Of a stretch of DNA of 64,000 nt, positions 18,659-28,214 are shown one piece after another. Location of the stretch: positions 1 through 64,000 of the IMG/VR virus record IMGVR_UViG_3300028887_000002; one strand, 5' to 3'. Within the stretch, counting starts at the first letter, position 1. The number at the start of each line of letters is the position of its first letter. Source of the stretch: a virus (taxonomy: Duplodnaviria; Heunggongvirae; Uroviricota; Caudoviricetes). A model generated the notes under the pieces. The model did not search any database. It was not told the DNA's origin and saw only the letters and a list, made by a program, of their open reading frames with translations. The translations under genes and the position numbers were made by a program.

Positions 18659-19062
18659 TTTTTATAATCTGTTATATCTTGTTCCTTCCCACAAACGTTG
18701 CATCTTATTGTAAGTCCCGTACCGATACCAGTGTTGTTGGTAAATATATACGAGACGTTGCACTTGCTGTGAAGTCTTATGTGTTCTTCAATGAATTTTG
18801 AAGCACTCTTCTGTTCTTCCAGCGACAGGTTGAATCTGCTTGGCACACCAATCTTAAGGTCTTTCGGTGTAAAGTATGACGGCAATACATATTGCCCTGC
18901 ATTTGCACATGCGTCCTTGCATTTCTTGCACCCCTTGAGGTTTACAAATTCTTCACGTAGGTTGCACCAGTCGCGCTTGATGACACTCTCGTAGTATTTG
19001 TCGTCCTTGACAATGTTTAGTTTTGTATCTTTCGGACTTGTTTTTTTCTTTCTGTTCGGCAT
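18652..19062 (-). CDS. hypothetical Zn-binding protein
   Basis: CKKC and TGIG..TIRCNVCGKEQDITDY..W. Confidence 0.6.
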   Translation of the reverse strand: MPNRKKKTSPKDTKLNIVKDDKYYESVIKRDWCNLREEFVNLKGCKKCKDACANAGQYVLPSYFTPKDLKIGVPSRFNLSLEEQKSASKFIEEHIRLHSKCNVSYIFTNNTGIGTGLTIRCNVCGKEQDITDYKNW

Positions 19063-19096
19063 ATATTATAACATGTTTTTAATTAAATTTCGGTTG

Positions 19097-19128
19097 CAAA
19101 TATATGAACTATTTTTGCAACTGCCAAA
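19097..19128 (-). promoter_or_regulatory. early promoter
   Basis: TTTG-N20-TATATTTG. Confidence 0.8.
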
Positions 19129-19151
19129 TAAAAATTATATTTTTTTGATTT

Positions 19152-19754
19152 ATGACAGAATATACAATAAAGACATTTGATGAAAAGATACATAACATCT
19201 ATATCAAGGGCACAGTAGGCGAGGATATGTGGCAGACTGTGGTAGATAAGATAAATGAGATTAAAAGTTCTGATAATGATGTAGTTGAGCAAAATAAAGC
19301 ATCTTTAAGGTCTGCTGGTATTGAATTTCAAATTATTAAACCATCTATAAATATTTATTTATGTACTTATGGTGGCAGTGTATATGACATGTTAGCGATT
19401 TATGATGAAATTAAAAAACTCGCTCAGGAATATGTCGTGAATATCTATTGTGTAGGCAAAATCATGTCAGCAGGTACTATTATAATGCTGGCTGTTGACT
19501 TGGAGCATCGTTTTGCATACCCCAATACAACATTTATGTATCATACCCTGTCAAGTTTGGTTTGGGGAAAAATGAAAGACCTTGAGGAGAATGTAGAAGA
19601 AGACAGACGCCTTCATAAATTGATGTGGAGCATCTATAAAGATAACACAGGAATACCAGTTGAAAAACTCAATGAAATATACAAAAGCAAGAAGGACTGG
19701 TATATAACAGCTGAAAAGGCTAAAAAATATAAGATTATAAGTAAAATAATATAA
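19152..19754 (+). CDS. clpP: ClpP-like serine protease
   Basis: YGGSVYD, MSAGT (Ser), FMYH (His), DWYITAEKA (Asp). Confidence 0.85.
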   Translation: MTEYTIKTFDEKIHNIYIKGTVGEDMWQTVVDKINEIKSSDNDVVEQNKASLRSAGIEFQIIKPSINIYLCTYGGSVYDMLAIYDEIKKLAQEYVVNIYCVGKIMSAGTIIMLAVDLEHRFAYPNTTFMYHTLSSLVWGKMKDLEENVEEDRRLHKLMWSIYKDNTGIPVEKLNEIYKSKKDWYITAEKAKKYKIISKII

Positions 19755-19767
19755 AAAGTAAGAAGAT

Positions 19768-20532
19768 ATGGTAGAAGATATAACAAAGGTTAAGAAAATA
19801 GTGTTAGGACTTGATGTCAGCACCAGTTGCATCGGCATATCAATTGTGGGTGTTACCGACAATGACGAGTTTGTACCAGTAAAGGTAACGCATTTGAGGC
19901 TTAAGGTTTCAAGCAAGTTGAAGGATACCGAGGCTTTGTTCGTGAAGAGCAAGATGTTCAGGGATGAACTTGAGACCTTCAAGGAGTATAGCATTACGGA
20001 CGTTGTCATCGAGGAACCGTTGGTATCGTCTAACAACCAGATGACTGTTGCAACATTGCTGAGGTTTAATGGCATGATAGCCCAGTCTGTATATGATTGC
20101 TTAGGTATAGTACCAGAGTTCATTTCAAGTTATGATGCTAGGAAGTACACGATGCCTTCCCTTTTGGCGGTAAGGCGTTATAACAAGAAGGGCGAGGAAT
20201 ATCCTGCCAAGAAGATTATGGATGCCATAAGGAAGGATGAACTGGTGCTGTTCGGCGACTATCCGTTCGACTGCGCGAAGAAGTATATCCTGTGGAACTT
20301 CATATCGGAAAAGTTCCCGTCAATCAACTGGGTGTATGACAAGAAGAACGAACTCAAGGCTGAGAACTTTGATGCAAGCGATAGCCTAGTGTGTGTCATG
20401 GGTTATATAAACTCATTGAAATATAAGGAAGAAACACCAACCATCATTGAAAGTTCACATGAGGATGGCGTTATCAAGTACACAGTAAGTTTCTGTGGGG
20501 AAAGGTTTGCGAAGAGGATTGAACTGTTATAG
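19768..20532 (+). CDS. RuvC-like Holliday junction resolvase
   Basis: VLGLDVSTSCIG, VVIEEPL, LLRFNG, FDASDS. Confidence 0.8.
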   Translation: MVEDITKVKKIVLGLDVSTSCIGISIVGVTDNDEFVPVKVTHLRLKVSSKLKDTEALFVKSKMFRDELETFKEYSITDVVIEEPLVSSNNQMTVATLLRFNGMIAQSVYDCLGIVPEFISSYDARKYTMPSLLAVRRYNKKGEEYPAKKIMDAIRKDELVLFGDYPFDCAKKYILWNFISEKFPSINWVYDKKNELKAENFDASDSLVCVMGYINSLKYKEETPTIIESSHEDGVIKYTVSFCGERFAKRIELL

Positions 20533-21282
20533 ACGGTTCATAACAGCGAGAAATTCATCGTGTGTTATTTTTCCGTTTGCCAATTCTATAAGCGAATCCA
20601 AATTTAGAAGCACGAAACTGCGAAGTAGTTCAAGTTCTTTTCCACTTAAATCAGTTCTTGTTGGTAGATTAACCAATTCTGGTTCGGGGGAAAGAATTAT
20701 TGAACTATATTCCCTTGAATTGTGTTGTTCTTTCGATGCTTTGAATTTCAATCTTGGAGCATGACTTTGATATGTTGCGCCTTCATCCAACCAAACGTCC
20801 ATTGGAAGTCCGCTTTCGTTTTTGCGAAGCATTGACATTTCCATAAGAAGTCCTGCGTGTTGGCGTGTAATTGGTTTGAGGTTCTGATAGAATTCTGTGT
20901 GTGATATTTTCATATCAGCATTTCCCTTTAAAACATCAAGGTTCTGTTTAATGAAACTTTTTATATCTTCAATATCAGATTTTTTTAAATTAACAGTCTG
21001 GCTAATATCTAGCATACGAGGATTTTCTGATACCAAAAAGGGTATGAAATCGTCAACTGACTTATTATATCCATTTCTTGCATATAAGTATTGTGGGTGG
21101 CCATTCCTAATATATGCTTCGCCGTCATCAGCAAAAACATCAACATTCAAACCAGTATTCTTTGTGTGTAACCAAACATATTCAACTAAATCGTCAGTTT
21201 GACTTTCATTAATATTCTCACCCATTCGTTCCATAAGTGAAAGGACTTTTGTTATTACATCGTTTTCTTTTGCGGTATTCAT
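20527..21282 (-). CDS. hypothetical protein with a tandemly duplicated domain, putative head-internal protein
   Basis: TGLNVDVFADDG and SGLPMDVWLDEG repeats; INES site; TATTTAT upstream (21309-21315). Confidence 0.6.
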   Translation of the reverse strand: MNTAKENDVITKVLSLMERMGENINESQTDDLVEYVWLHTKNTGLNVDVFADDGEAYIRNGHPQYLYARNGYNKSVDDFIPFLVSENPRMLDISQTVNLKKSDIEDIKSFIKQNLDVLKGNADMKISHTEFYQNLKPITRQHAGLLMEMSMLRKNESGLPMDVWLDEGATYQSHAPRLKFKASKEQHNSREYSSIILSPEPELVNLPTRTDLSGKELELLRSFVLLNLDSLIELANGKITHDEFLAVMNRL

Positions 21283-21336
21283 ATTTCAATAATATTTTCT
21301 ATTATATAATAAATAGGCATTATTACTTGAATCCTA

Positions 21337-22164
21337 TTAATAATTCAACAACTTCTCGCTATCATTCTTCACATCGTCGTATGAATTTATTTCAAACTTA
21401 TACATTTTGTAGTCGTTCGGAACTTCGTGGAACTTGTACTTCATCGTCTCCATGTCCCATACAACGAACCCGTGACCTGTGGTGTTCTCACCGAAGTCCT
21501 GCTGGAAAAGCGACCCAGCGTAAACGGCGGGAATGCCGTTCTTCTTTATCTCCTGATGCTTGTGGATATGTCCTGCCATAACACAATCGCAACCTTCAAA
21601 CAAACTTGCGTCAACCCCCTTGTCCGACATATATCCGAGGTCGGTGACCGTGCCAGGCATATCGCCGTGGTAAAGGCCGATTACCTTTCCGTTCTCAATA
21701 GCATCCTTCACCCCGATAATGTTGGGGGCTGCAAAGTTGTCGAACATTGAATACAACGCAAATATTACATTGTCATCAATGCAGTAGCCGCTCTTATAGT
21801 TGAGTTCCTTGTCGAGGTAGGTGATATTGGGATATGCTGACTTTATGTCGAAGGTAGGCGAGATTGAATCCAGCCTGTCGTTGTTATTCTCCAACATGTC
21901 GTGGTTGCCAGCGATGACGTATGTACGGCACATCTGGTTGAGGTAGTTCAGCATCGTATGGAAAATGGACTTCGCCTCGTTGGTCGTCCTTATCTTCTTG
22001 TGGAATATGTCTCCGACGAGGACGATACGGCATTCGTCCTTGTCAACCTTCTTTACTTCCTTCAGTATGAGTGCCATTGCCTTCTTAAGCATTTCAGTGT
22101 ATGGCCTCAGTTTCTCGTCGTTCGGAATATGTATGTCCGCAACTTGTATTATCTTCTTAATCAT
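21337..22164 (-). CDS. SbcD/Mre11/gp47-like recombination nuclease
   Basis: ADIH, GDIFH, AGNHD, YHG, AGHIH, YAGSLFQQDFGE. Confidence 0.9.
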   Translation of the reverse strand: MIKKIIQVADIHIPNDEKLRPYTEMLKKAMALILKEVKKVDKDECRIVLVGDIFHKKIRTTNEAKSIFHTMLNYLNQMCRTYVIAGNHDMLENNNDRLDSISPTFDIKSAYPNITYLDKELNYKSGYCIDDNVIFALYSMFDNFAAPNIIGVKDAIENGKVIGLYHGDMPGTVTDLGYMSDKGVDASLFEGCDCVMAGHIHKHQEIKKNGIPAVYAGSLFQQDFGENTTGHGFVVWDMETMKYKFHEVPNDYKMYKFEINSYDDVKNDSEKLLNY

Positions 22165-22195
22165 TACCTTTGAATATTTGATGATTTTTCAAGCG

Positions 22196-22234
22196 CAAAG
22201 ATAATGATTATATTTATAACCGCCAAATATTTAT
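22196..22234. promoter_or_regulatory. back-to-back early (minus) and late (plus) promoters
   Basis: CAAAGATA-N20-CAAA|TATTTAT. Confidence 0.7.
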
Positions 22235-22352
22235 TAAAAAAGTTTAGTGGAAAACGATAATCTTAACAACCGACAAATTAAAGTTGGCTGTTCTTTTTTT
22301 ATCAATTTTTCTTCTTTCGGACTATTTATGTCTAAAATATTGTTTATAAATT

Positions 22353-24155
22353 ATGTATACAAAGAACAGAGAGGCTATAATGGAAATCAAGCGCGGTCAC
22401 ACTGGAACGGGACTGCTGATAGAGAATGATGGACATATAGTCGGCAACAACGATACCATTAGGCAGATAAAGGAGGATATTGAACATCACGACAAGTTTG
22501 TTATCCCCGACAAGTTCGTGGTGAGCGCCGTGTTCCAGAAGTACGGCATAAAGAACGCCAACGGAAGGATATATCCCGAAGCAATATTGAAGAGGGAAGT
22601 TGAGAAGTACATCAACGACAGGGTACGTACCCGTGGGTCGATAGGAGCCTTGGACCACCCGAGTTGCCAACTTTCAGGCACCAGAATATTAACCAAATAC
22701 GGGTGGAAACTCATTGAAGATATCACCACTGAAGATGAGGTATTAACCCTCAAAGAAAACAAGGATATTGAAATCAATAAGGTCAAACGCAAGATAGAGT
22801 CGGATTACACAGGAAAATTGATTTGTCTGAAGGGTAGGTTTATTGACTTGAAGGTGACCCCTAACCATAAGTTCCCAGTATTTGACCGTCACAAGAAATG
22901 GAAAGGATTTTATACCGCGCAAGAAATATTGGACGGTTTGATTCCTGACCAGTCACACTGCTATTTGTATAAGCAAGGAAACTGGATTGGCGAGAATGAT
23001 GAATTCTTTACATTACCTGCATTAACGGCTGAGGAGATTGCAAGGATACCTTCAAATACACTGAAGGAAAAATATTCACATGAATTACAAATCCCTATGG
23101 ATGTGTGGGCTAAGTTTATGGGTATATACTTATCAGAAGGATGTACTGATTTGCCTGACAAAGTTTCAATATTCCAAAGAAAAGAAAGTGTTTGTGATGA
23201 AATTAGGGAAATGTTAACAGAATTCCCGTTAAAATATACTGAATATTACCGTAATAATACATCAATTTTTGTTGTATGTGATATGCGTTTAGTAAAGTAC
23301 CTCAAACAGTTTGGTATTTGCTACGATAAATATGTACCTTATGAACTGAAGAAACAGAACAAGGAAACATTGAGACTCTTCTACGACTGGTTTGTTATGG
23401 GTGACGGAAGAGGTCGTGGCTTGAATGCTGAAAATTATTACACTGATGATGTATTCTCAACTTCCCAAAGACTTGTTATGGACTTGAATGAGATTCAATT
23501 AAAAATTGGTTATAATGGAGCATATCATATGGTAGAACGCAATTACGACAGAGTGATTGAAGACCGTGTGATTAAGGCTGAAAACTCTTCCCCTATGCAC
23601 TTCACCTACCGTTCACACAATCAGTATATTTTGCTTGGGAAGATGAAAGTAACTGAAGAGGATTATGAAGGCAAGGTTTATTGCATTGAATGTAAGAACC
23701 ACGACTTCTACACCATGGGGCATGACGGGCATTGCTTATGGTCGGGAAACAGTACCACATTATCAGGACATGATGTAAGTCATATCATAACCAACCTTGA
23801 ATGGGTTGGACAGACCTTGATAGGTGAGATGGAACTGCACCTCACCCCTGGCTACAGGCGTTACGGCATTGCAAGCACAAGCGGTGACCTGGTTGCAAAC
23901 ATGCTACTTGACAACATACATGTGGGTGTATCGTCGAGGGGTGTTGGAACCGTTGAGGATAAGTTCGGCGTTATGATGGTTGGTGATGACTATGAACTGC
24001 TCTGCTGGGACGTTGTAATGGAACCGAGTTCACCTGGTGCGTGGATTGGCATGGATAGGAACGAACTGCAACAGTACGTTGAATCAGACCAAAGCCGTAA
24101 TGACAAGCCGATTGTCACTGAAAAGATACAGCGAATAAAACAAATATTGGTTTAG
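22353..24155 (+). CDS. T4 gp21-like prohead core protease with intein
   Basis: KNANGRIYP, GALDHP, VSH, VGVSSRGVG, WDVVMEPSSPGAW; probable start 22380. Confidence 0.9.
   Translation: MYTKNREAIMEIKRGHTGTGLLIENDGHIVGNNDTIRQIKEDIEHHDKFVIPDKFVVSAVFQKYGIKNANGRIYPEAILKREVEKYINDRVRTRGSIGALDHPSCQLSGTRILTKYGWKLIEDITTEDEVLTLKENKDIEINKVKRKIESDYTGKLICLKGRFIDLKVTPNHKFPVFDRHKKWKGFYTAQEILDGLIPDQSHCYLYKQGNWIGENDEFFTLPALTAEEIARIPSNTLKEKYSHELQIPMDVWAKFMGIYLSEGCTDLPDKVSIFQRKESVCDEIREMLTEFPLKYTEYYRNNTSIFVVCDMRLVKYLKQFGICYDKYVPYELKKQNKETLRLFYDWFVMGDGRGRGLNAENYYTDDVFSTSQRLVMDLNEIQLKIGYNGAYHMVERNYDRVIEDRVIKAENSSPMHFTYRSHNQYILLGKMKVTEEDYEGKVYCIECKNHDFYTMGHDGHCLWSGNSTTLSGHDVSHIITNLEWVGQTLIGEMELHLTPGYRRYGIASTSGDLVANMLLDNIHVGVSSRGVGTVEDKFGVMMVGDDYELLCWDVVMEPSSPGAWIGMDRNELQQYVESDQSRNDKPIVTEKIQRIKQILV
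22665..23750 (+). mobile_element. intein with LAGLIDADG homing endonuclease (362 aa)
   Basis: HPS|CQLSGTRILT, VTPNHKF, FMGIYLSEG, FVMGDG, VYCIE...WSGN|S. Confidence 0.9.
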
Positions 24156-24157
24156 GT

Positions 24158-24700
24158 GTGGACAAGAAACATTTGCATAAGATAATAATGGAATCTTTGG
24201 ATAAGGTTCTCAACGAGGATGCTGGATATCACTTTCCCGAATGGTTCGATACGAGCACCATTGAAAACGGGAGGGTTAGGCTGTATCACGGGTTGAGATA
24301 TGAGAATCTTGACTATGTGCTGACAGAGGAAAAACTTTCCCCGAAGGTATGTAGCGAAGGGTGTTACGGGCTGTGGTTCACAACCAAGAATGCAAATGAC
24401 TACGCAAGCGGTTATCCTTGTATGATAACAATAACTGTTCCGATTGAGGACTTCAAGAACGGGAAATTTCATATAATGAACCAAACACATGTATTAACAA
24501 CAAAGGATATACCCACCGATGATGAATACGAGTTTGAAGTATTGAAGATTGGTAGTTATAGGCTAAAGGACAAGAGACAAATTGATAATTTGAGGGAAAT
24601 GTTCGATAAAGACCCTCGAAAAATGGAAGCAATGCTTAACAGACAGTTTGACTATGATTCAATATACTATTTTCTATTGAACTATATAATGGAATATTAA
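24158..24700 (+). CDS. ADP-ribosyltransferase-like protein with head-targeting-type leader
   Basis: IIMESLDKVLNE leader; RLYHG...GLWFTT...ANDYA. Confidence 0.55.
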   Translation: MDKKHLHKIIMESLDKVLNEDAGYHFPEWFDTSTIENGRVRLYHGLRYENLDYVLTEEKLSPKVCSEGCYGLWFTTKNANDYASGYPCMITITVPIEDFKNGKFHIMNQTHVLTTKDIPTDDEYEFEVLKIGSYRLKDKRQIDNLREMFDKDPRKMEAMLNRQFDYDSIYYFLLNYIMEY

Positions 24701-24726
24701 TAATAAAGATAAAAACATTTACTATT

Positions 24727-25005
24727 ATGGATTATTCAGATAGCGCAAAATTTAACAGAACCTTCAATTCCTGGGGCTTTGAAGATTCAAGGGAATGCAA
24801 CTTGTTGTATAATATCAAGAACTGCCCGCGTACAAAGAACGAGTTTGAAGGAAATGAGCTTAACGAGTGGACAACTTTCAGACACGAGGACGGTGAGGAA
24901 TATCCAAACCTCAACATAAAGACCTTGTGCGATGGAAAACCGATTGTTTATCCAGCAGATACGGTTGTAACACCAAATGACCCCGATGATGTTTGCTTGC
25001 CATAA
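24727..25005 (+). CDS. hypothetical protein
   Basis: Late operon packing. Confidence 0.55.
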   Translation: MDYSDSAKFNRTFNSWGFEDSRECNLLYNIKNCPRTKNEFEGNELNEWTTFRHEDGEEYPNLNIKTLCDGKPIVYPADTVVTPNDPDDVCLP

Positions 25006-25018
25006 TTTGATATAGGGA

Positions 25019-25585
25019 ATGCTTACAGAAGATTGGAAATATTGCAAGGTTTTCAAGCAAGTGCTTAACGAGTACCTTGACCGTCAGTATTTTTATGAAA
25101 CCTTGTGCCGTCACCTAATGGTTGAATCGGTTGTTAATAAACCAGTATATCATTGTGGCGAACCGTTGTTCAAGGAAAAGTTTCAGGATGTCATCTGGTT
25201 TTCTGACAAACCGTTAGATACTTTCGGTGCACGTCATAGATATTATATTGATGTGAAGAATCCTCTTATTATTCCACCTGTTTTTTCCTACTGGTCAGAA
25301 CCGATATGGGGTTATTGTTGTAATGAGTATGGCGAACCTAAGTGTGACCCTAATGACCCAGAACTAACAAAAATAATGCCAGCAGCAATTTGGCAATATA
25401 TACAGGAAAGTGATATGGAACTTGAGATTGGTGATGTCCCCTATATTGTATCCTATTTGAGAAAAATAGGTAAGGTTAACTATGACGCAGTGATAATAGA
25501 AGATATTGGTGAAACTGTTAATGCTAACATTGATGTGACGGATTATTGTGTGTTCTCATTTGAGCAAGTTGTTCAGATTGATTAG
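25019..25585 (+). CDS. ADP-ribosyltransferase-like (ART-PolyVal-type) protein
   Basis: VYHCG, IWFSDK, YIDVKNPL, YDAVII, YCVFSFEQV. Confidence 0.55.
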   Translation: MLTEDWKYCKVFKQVLNEYLDRQYFYETLCRHLMVESVVNKPVYHCGEPLFKEKFQDVIWFSDKPLDTFGARHRYYIDVKNPLIIPPVFSYWSEPIWGYCCNEYGEPKCDPNDPELTKIMPAAIWQYIQESDMELEIGDVPYIVSYLRKIGKVNYDAVIIEDIGETVNANIDVTDYCVFSFEQVVQID

Positions 25586-25605
25586 AAAAAAAAAAACAAA
25601 GCATT

Positions 25606-26358
25606 ATGTTTTCAAAAATTTTTTCCATAATACCAACCATTGCAGAGAAATTCAAACTCAAGCAAAATAATAATCAACTTACTATTAACCCTACAACTAT
25701 GGAGACATTTGAACAATTCCCAAAGATAATGGTACACCTTGACGGTGGTCATGCTGAATCAACACCAGGAAAGCGCAGTCCGTGGTCGTTACATAAGATA
25801 GTGCCAGAACTTGATTTCTATGAATATAAGTGGAACAGATTAATGGTTTCAATGATTGAAAGGGAATTGAAGAAATATGGTATCACAGTAAATATTATCG
25901 TTCCTGAAGTTAAAGAAGATATACCGCTAAAAACGAGATACACTAGGGCAAACAATATGAAATCCAAACACCCCGAAATGAAACACCTATTTATTTCGGT
26001 TCATTCCAACGCCCACGGGGACGGTTCCAAATGGACTTCCGCACAAGGATGGTCTTGTTACACTACTAAAGGACAAAACACCAGTGATAAACTGGCTGAC
26101 TGCCTATATGATGCCGCTGAAGAAATACTACCGAAATACGGAAGGAAAATAAGGACTGATGTTTCAGACGGCGACAGGGACTGGGAGGAGAACTTTGCGG
26201 TTATAAAAGGCACTACAATGCCATCAGTATTAACTGAAAATATGTTCTATACCAATATTGATGATACCAAGTTCCTTTTGAGCGAGGAAGGCCAGAAGGC
26301 TATCTGTGACATACATGTCAAAGGTATTATCAATTATATCAAGAAATATTTGGCATAG
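25606..26358 (+). CDS. N-acetylmuramoyl-L-alanine amidase (Amidase_3), probable endolysin
   Basis: LDGGH..TPGKRSP, YEYKWNR, FISVHSNA, PSVLTENMF. Confidence 0.92.
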   Translation: MFSKIFSIIPTIAEKFKLKQNNNQLTINPTTMETFEQFPKIMVHLDGGHAESTPGKRSPWSLHKIVPELDFYEYKWNRLMVSMIERELKKYGITVNIIVPEVKEDIPLKTRYTRANNMKSKHPEMKHLFISVHSNAHGDGSKWTSAQGWSCYTTKGQNTSDKLADCLYDAAEEILPKYGRKIRTDVSDGDRDWEENFAVIKGTTMPSVLTENMFYTNIDDTKFLLSEEGQKAICDIHVKGIINYIKKYLA

Positions 26359-26361
26359 CCT

Positions 26362-26715
26362 ATGCGACAACCGATTAGGAAACCAATGCTGTCGGATGTT
26401 GTTGAAAAAAACAAAACTAACGGAGTTGAAACATATTTGATGCTGGAAACTCCGTTTTCTGTTATTGTTGGAAAACTTTTCAAGATTGATGCTGGTAGTG
26501 GAACCATTGTCCTTTCTGAACAGTACGACATTGTGAACTGCAAGCCGATGCCTGAGCAATGCGGTCATTATAACGGAAATGACGGACGTTTCTATACAAT
26601 TGATAAGAACGTCTATCAGGTACTAATAGATACTTGTTCAAAAATTCAGAAGTTGCTTGGGATTAAGAATGCAACGGTTAAGGCATTAAAAAAACACAAG
26701 GTGGATATTCGTTAG
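26362..26715 (+). CDS. hypothetical protein
   Basis: Follows the amidase. Confidence 0.55.
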   Translation: MRQPIRKPMLSDVVEKNKTNGVETYLMLETPFSVIVGKLFKIDAGSGTIVLSEQYDIVNCKPMPEQCGHYNGNDGRFYTIDKNVYQVLIDTCSKIQKLLGIKNATVKALKKHKVDIR

Positions 26716-27041
26716 CCAAAAATCTCTTCAACAGAAAATTCGCTGGCATCACAGCCATTGTCAGCACACCAGTCCTCAATAGCGTCACACATTTCACCGT
26801 ATAGACGTTCATCAGCATATCTGAGTGGACAACGTCTTCTATCCATCATAGTCAAAGCCCTTGAATAACGTCCACTGAAATCATCCACGTTATCAATAAC
26901 ATATTGTACCATTTCAGGTGAAGCGCTATCACAGTTGAAATCATTTGCTGTGTAGTGTCTGCTGGCTTCGGCTAATATTCTCTTAACAGTTTTCTTCACA
27001 ATGTTGTGAATATCTGATTCTGTCAAAATTATTTTCTTCAT
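26712..27041 (-). CDS. putative head-internal protein
   Basis: Leader MKKIILTESDIHNIVKKTVKRILAE; TATTTAT upstream on the minus strand. Confidence 0.65.
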   Translation of the reverse strand: MKKIILTESDIHNIVKKTVKRILAEASRHYTANDFNCDSASPEMVQYVIDNVDDFSGRYSRALTMMDRRRCPLRYADERLYGEMCDAIEDWCADNGCDASEFSVEEIFG

Positions 27042-27057
27042 TTTAAAAAAATATTAC

Positions 27058-27079
27058 TATTTATTATCAAATATAAATA
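27058..27079. promoter_or_regulatory. two oppositely oriented TATTTAT late motifs
   Basis: Plus 27058-27064 and minus 27073-27079 between divergent leader-bearing genes. Confidence 0.6.
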
Positions 27080-27096
27080 TCAAAAAAAATTGAATT

Positions 27097-27591
27097 ATGA
27101 ACAAAACGATAAAATTAACTGAAAATGAACTCAACAGGCTTATAAGCGAATCAGTAAAGAGAGTTCTCAACGAAGAGTGTGACGAAGGATTGCTTGGTAA
27201 TTTGAGGGATAAAATAGGCGGCACTTTAGATGCCCTAAGATACGGAGGTAACGCTGGAGCGCATATTGCAAATCGTCAACTGAATCGTAGTCGTAATGAT
27301 ATTGAAAACCTCAAGAACCAATATGGTGTTCAGAATGGTATGAACGGCAGACAGTATGTTAACCAAAATTCGGCTGATGCTGTTGCTCAAATCAATGCAA
27401 AGTATGACCAAAAGATACAGGAACTTGAAGCAAAACGCCAACAAGAAATTGCTAAGGTAACTGGAAAGTCACAAAAGAGATGGGATAAGTATCAAGCTAA
27501 GAAACAAGGATTGGATGCTGAACGTAACCAGGCTTACAACGACCGTCGCACAGCAATGAAACAGAATCCTTATGCTGACTTTGCTGAATAA
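27097..27591 (+). CDS. putative head-internal coiled-coil protein
   Basis: Leader MNKTIKLTENELNRLISESVKRVLNE. Confidence 0.65.
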   Translation: MNKTIKLTENELNRLISESVKRVLNEECDEGLLGNLRDKIGGTLDALRYGGNAGAHIANRQLNRSRNDIENLKNQYGVQNGMNGRQYVNQNSADAVAQINAKYDQKIQELEAKRQQEIAKVTGKSQKRWDKYQAKKQGLDAERNQAYNDRRTAMKQNPYADFAE

Positions 27592-27598
27592 CGATAAT

Positions 27599-27886
27599 TT
27601 AGTCTAACGGCATCATAAAAAGTCCATCTCGTATGGACTTTTTCTTTTTTGCAAGGTTTAGTTCATGCCCGCGTGACGGCCAACCCATCTTTATATCCAT
27701 AATCACACTGAATATCAATCCTACTACCATCACCCACGAAAGAAAGGATACAAGAATATCCTGTATGATTTCTTTCCTTGATATATAGGAAATTTGTTTG
27801 TCATAGAGATAGAGATATTCGTACAGGAATATTCCGATTCCTGAAATTAATACACCAATTGAATAAATAATTAAAAAAGTAACCAT
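27599..27886 (-). CDS. membrane protein (2 TM)
   Basis: Two hydrophobic helices. Confidence 0.6.
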   Translation of the reverse strand: MVTFLIIYSIGVLISGIGIFLYEYLYLYDKQISYISRKEIIQDILVSFLSWVMVVGLIFSVIMDIKMGWPSRGHELNLAKKKKSIRDGLFMMPLD

Positions 27887-27890
27887 AATA

Positions 27891-28211
27891 TTAATATTTT
27901 CCTTCCAAATACAACTCCTGTTTATAATGTCTCATGTTCTTGACGGCTTCGTTGTGAGCCTCGCGGTTGTAATACCGTCCGTCCTTGCGTAATTCCTTGA
28001 ATCTGGCTTTGTGCTTTTCGTGTATTTCTGGATTGCAAATGAATATGACGAGTCTTTTGCTAACACCAAACTGTTTGGCAAGAGCATTATATGACAATTG
28101 TTCTTCCTCACGAAGCCATTTGATATAAGACTTCTGGTCTTCGGTCAGTTTGCGACGACGGTCAAGCATCGTGCCTTCAAGTTTTACTACCTTTTCACAC
28201 TTGTATGGCAT
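27891..28211 (-). CDS. HTH DNA-binding protein
   Basis: RRKLTEDQK..LSYNALAKQFGVSKRLV. Confidence 0.75.
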   Translation of the reverse strand: MPYKCEKVVKLEGTMLDRRRKLTEDQKSYIKWLREEEQLSYNALAKQFGVSKRLVIFICNPEIHEKHKARFKELRKDGRYYNREAHNEAVKNMRHYKQELYLEGKY

Positions 28212-28214
28212 AAA

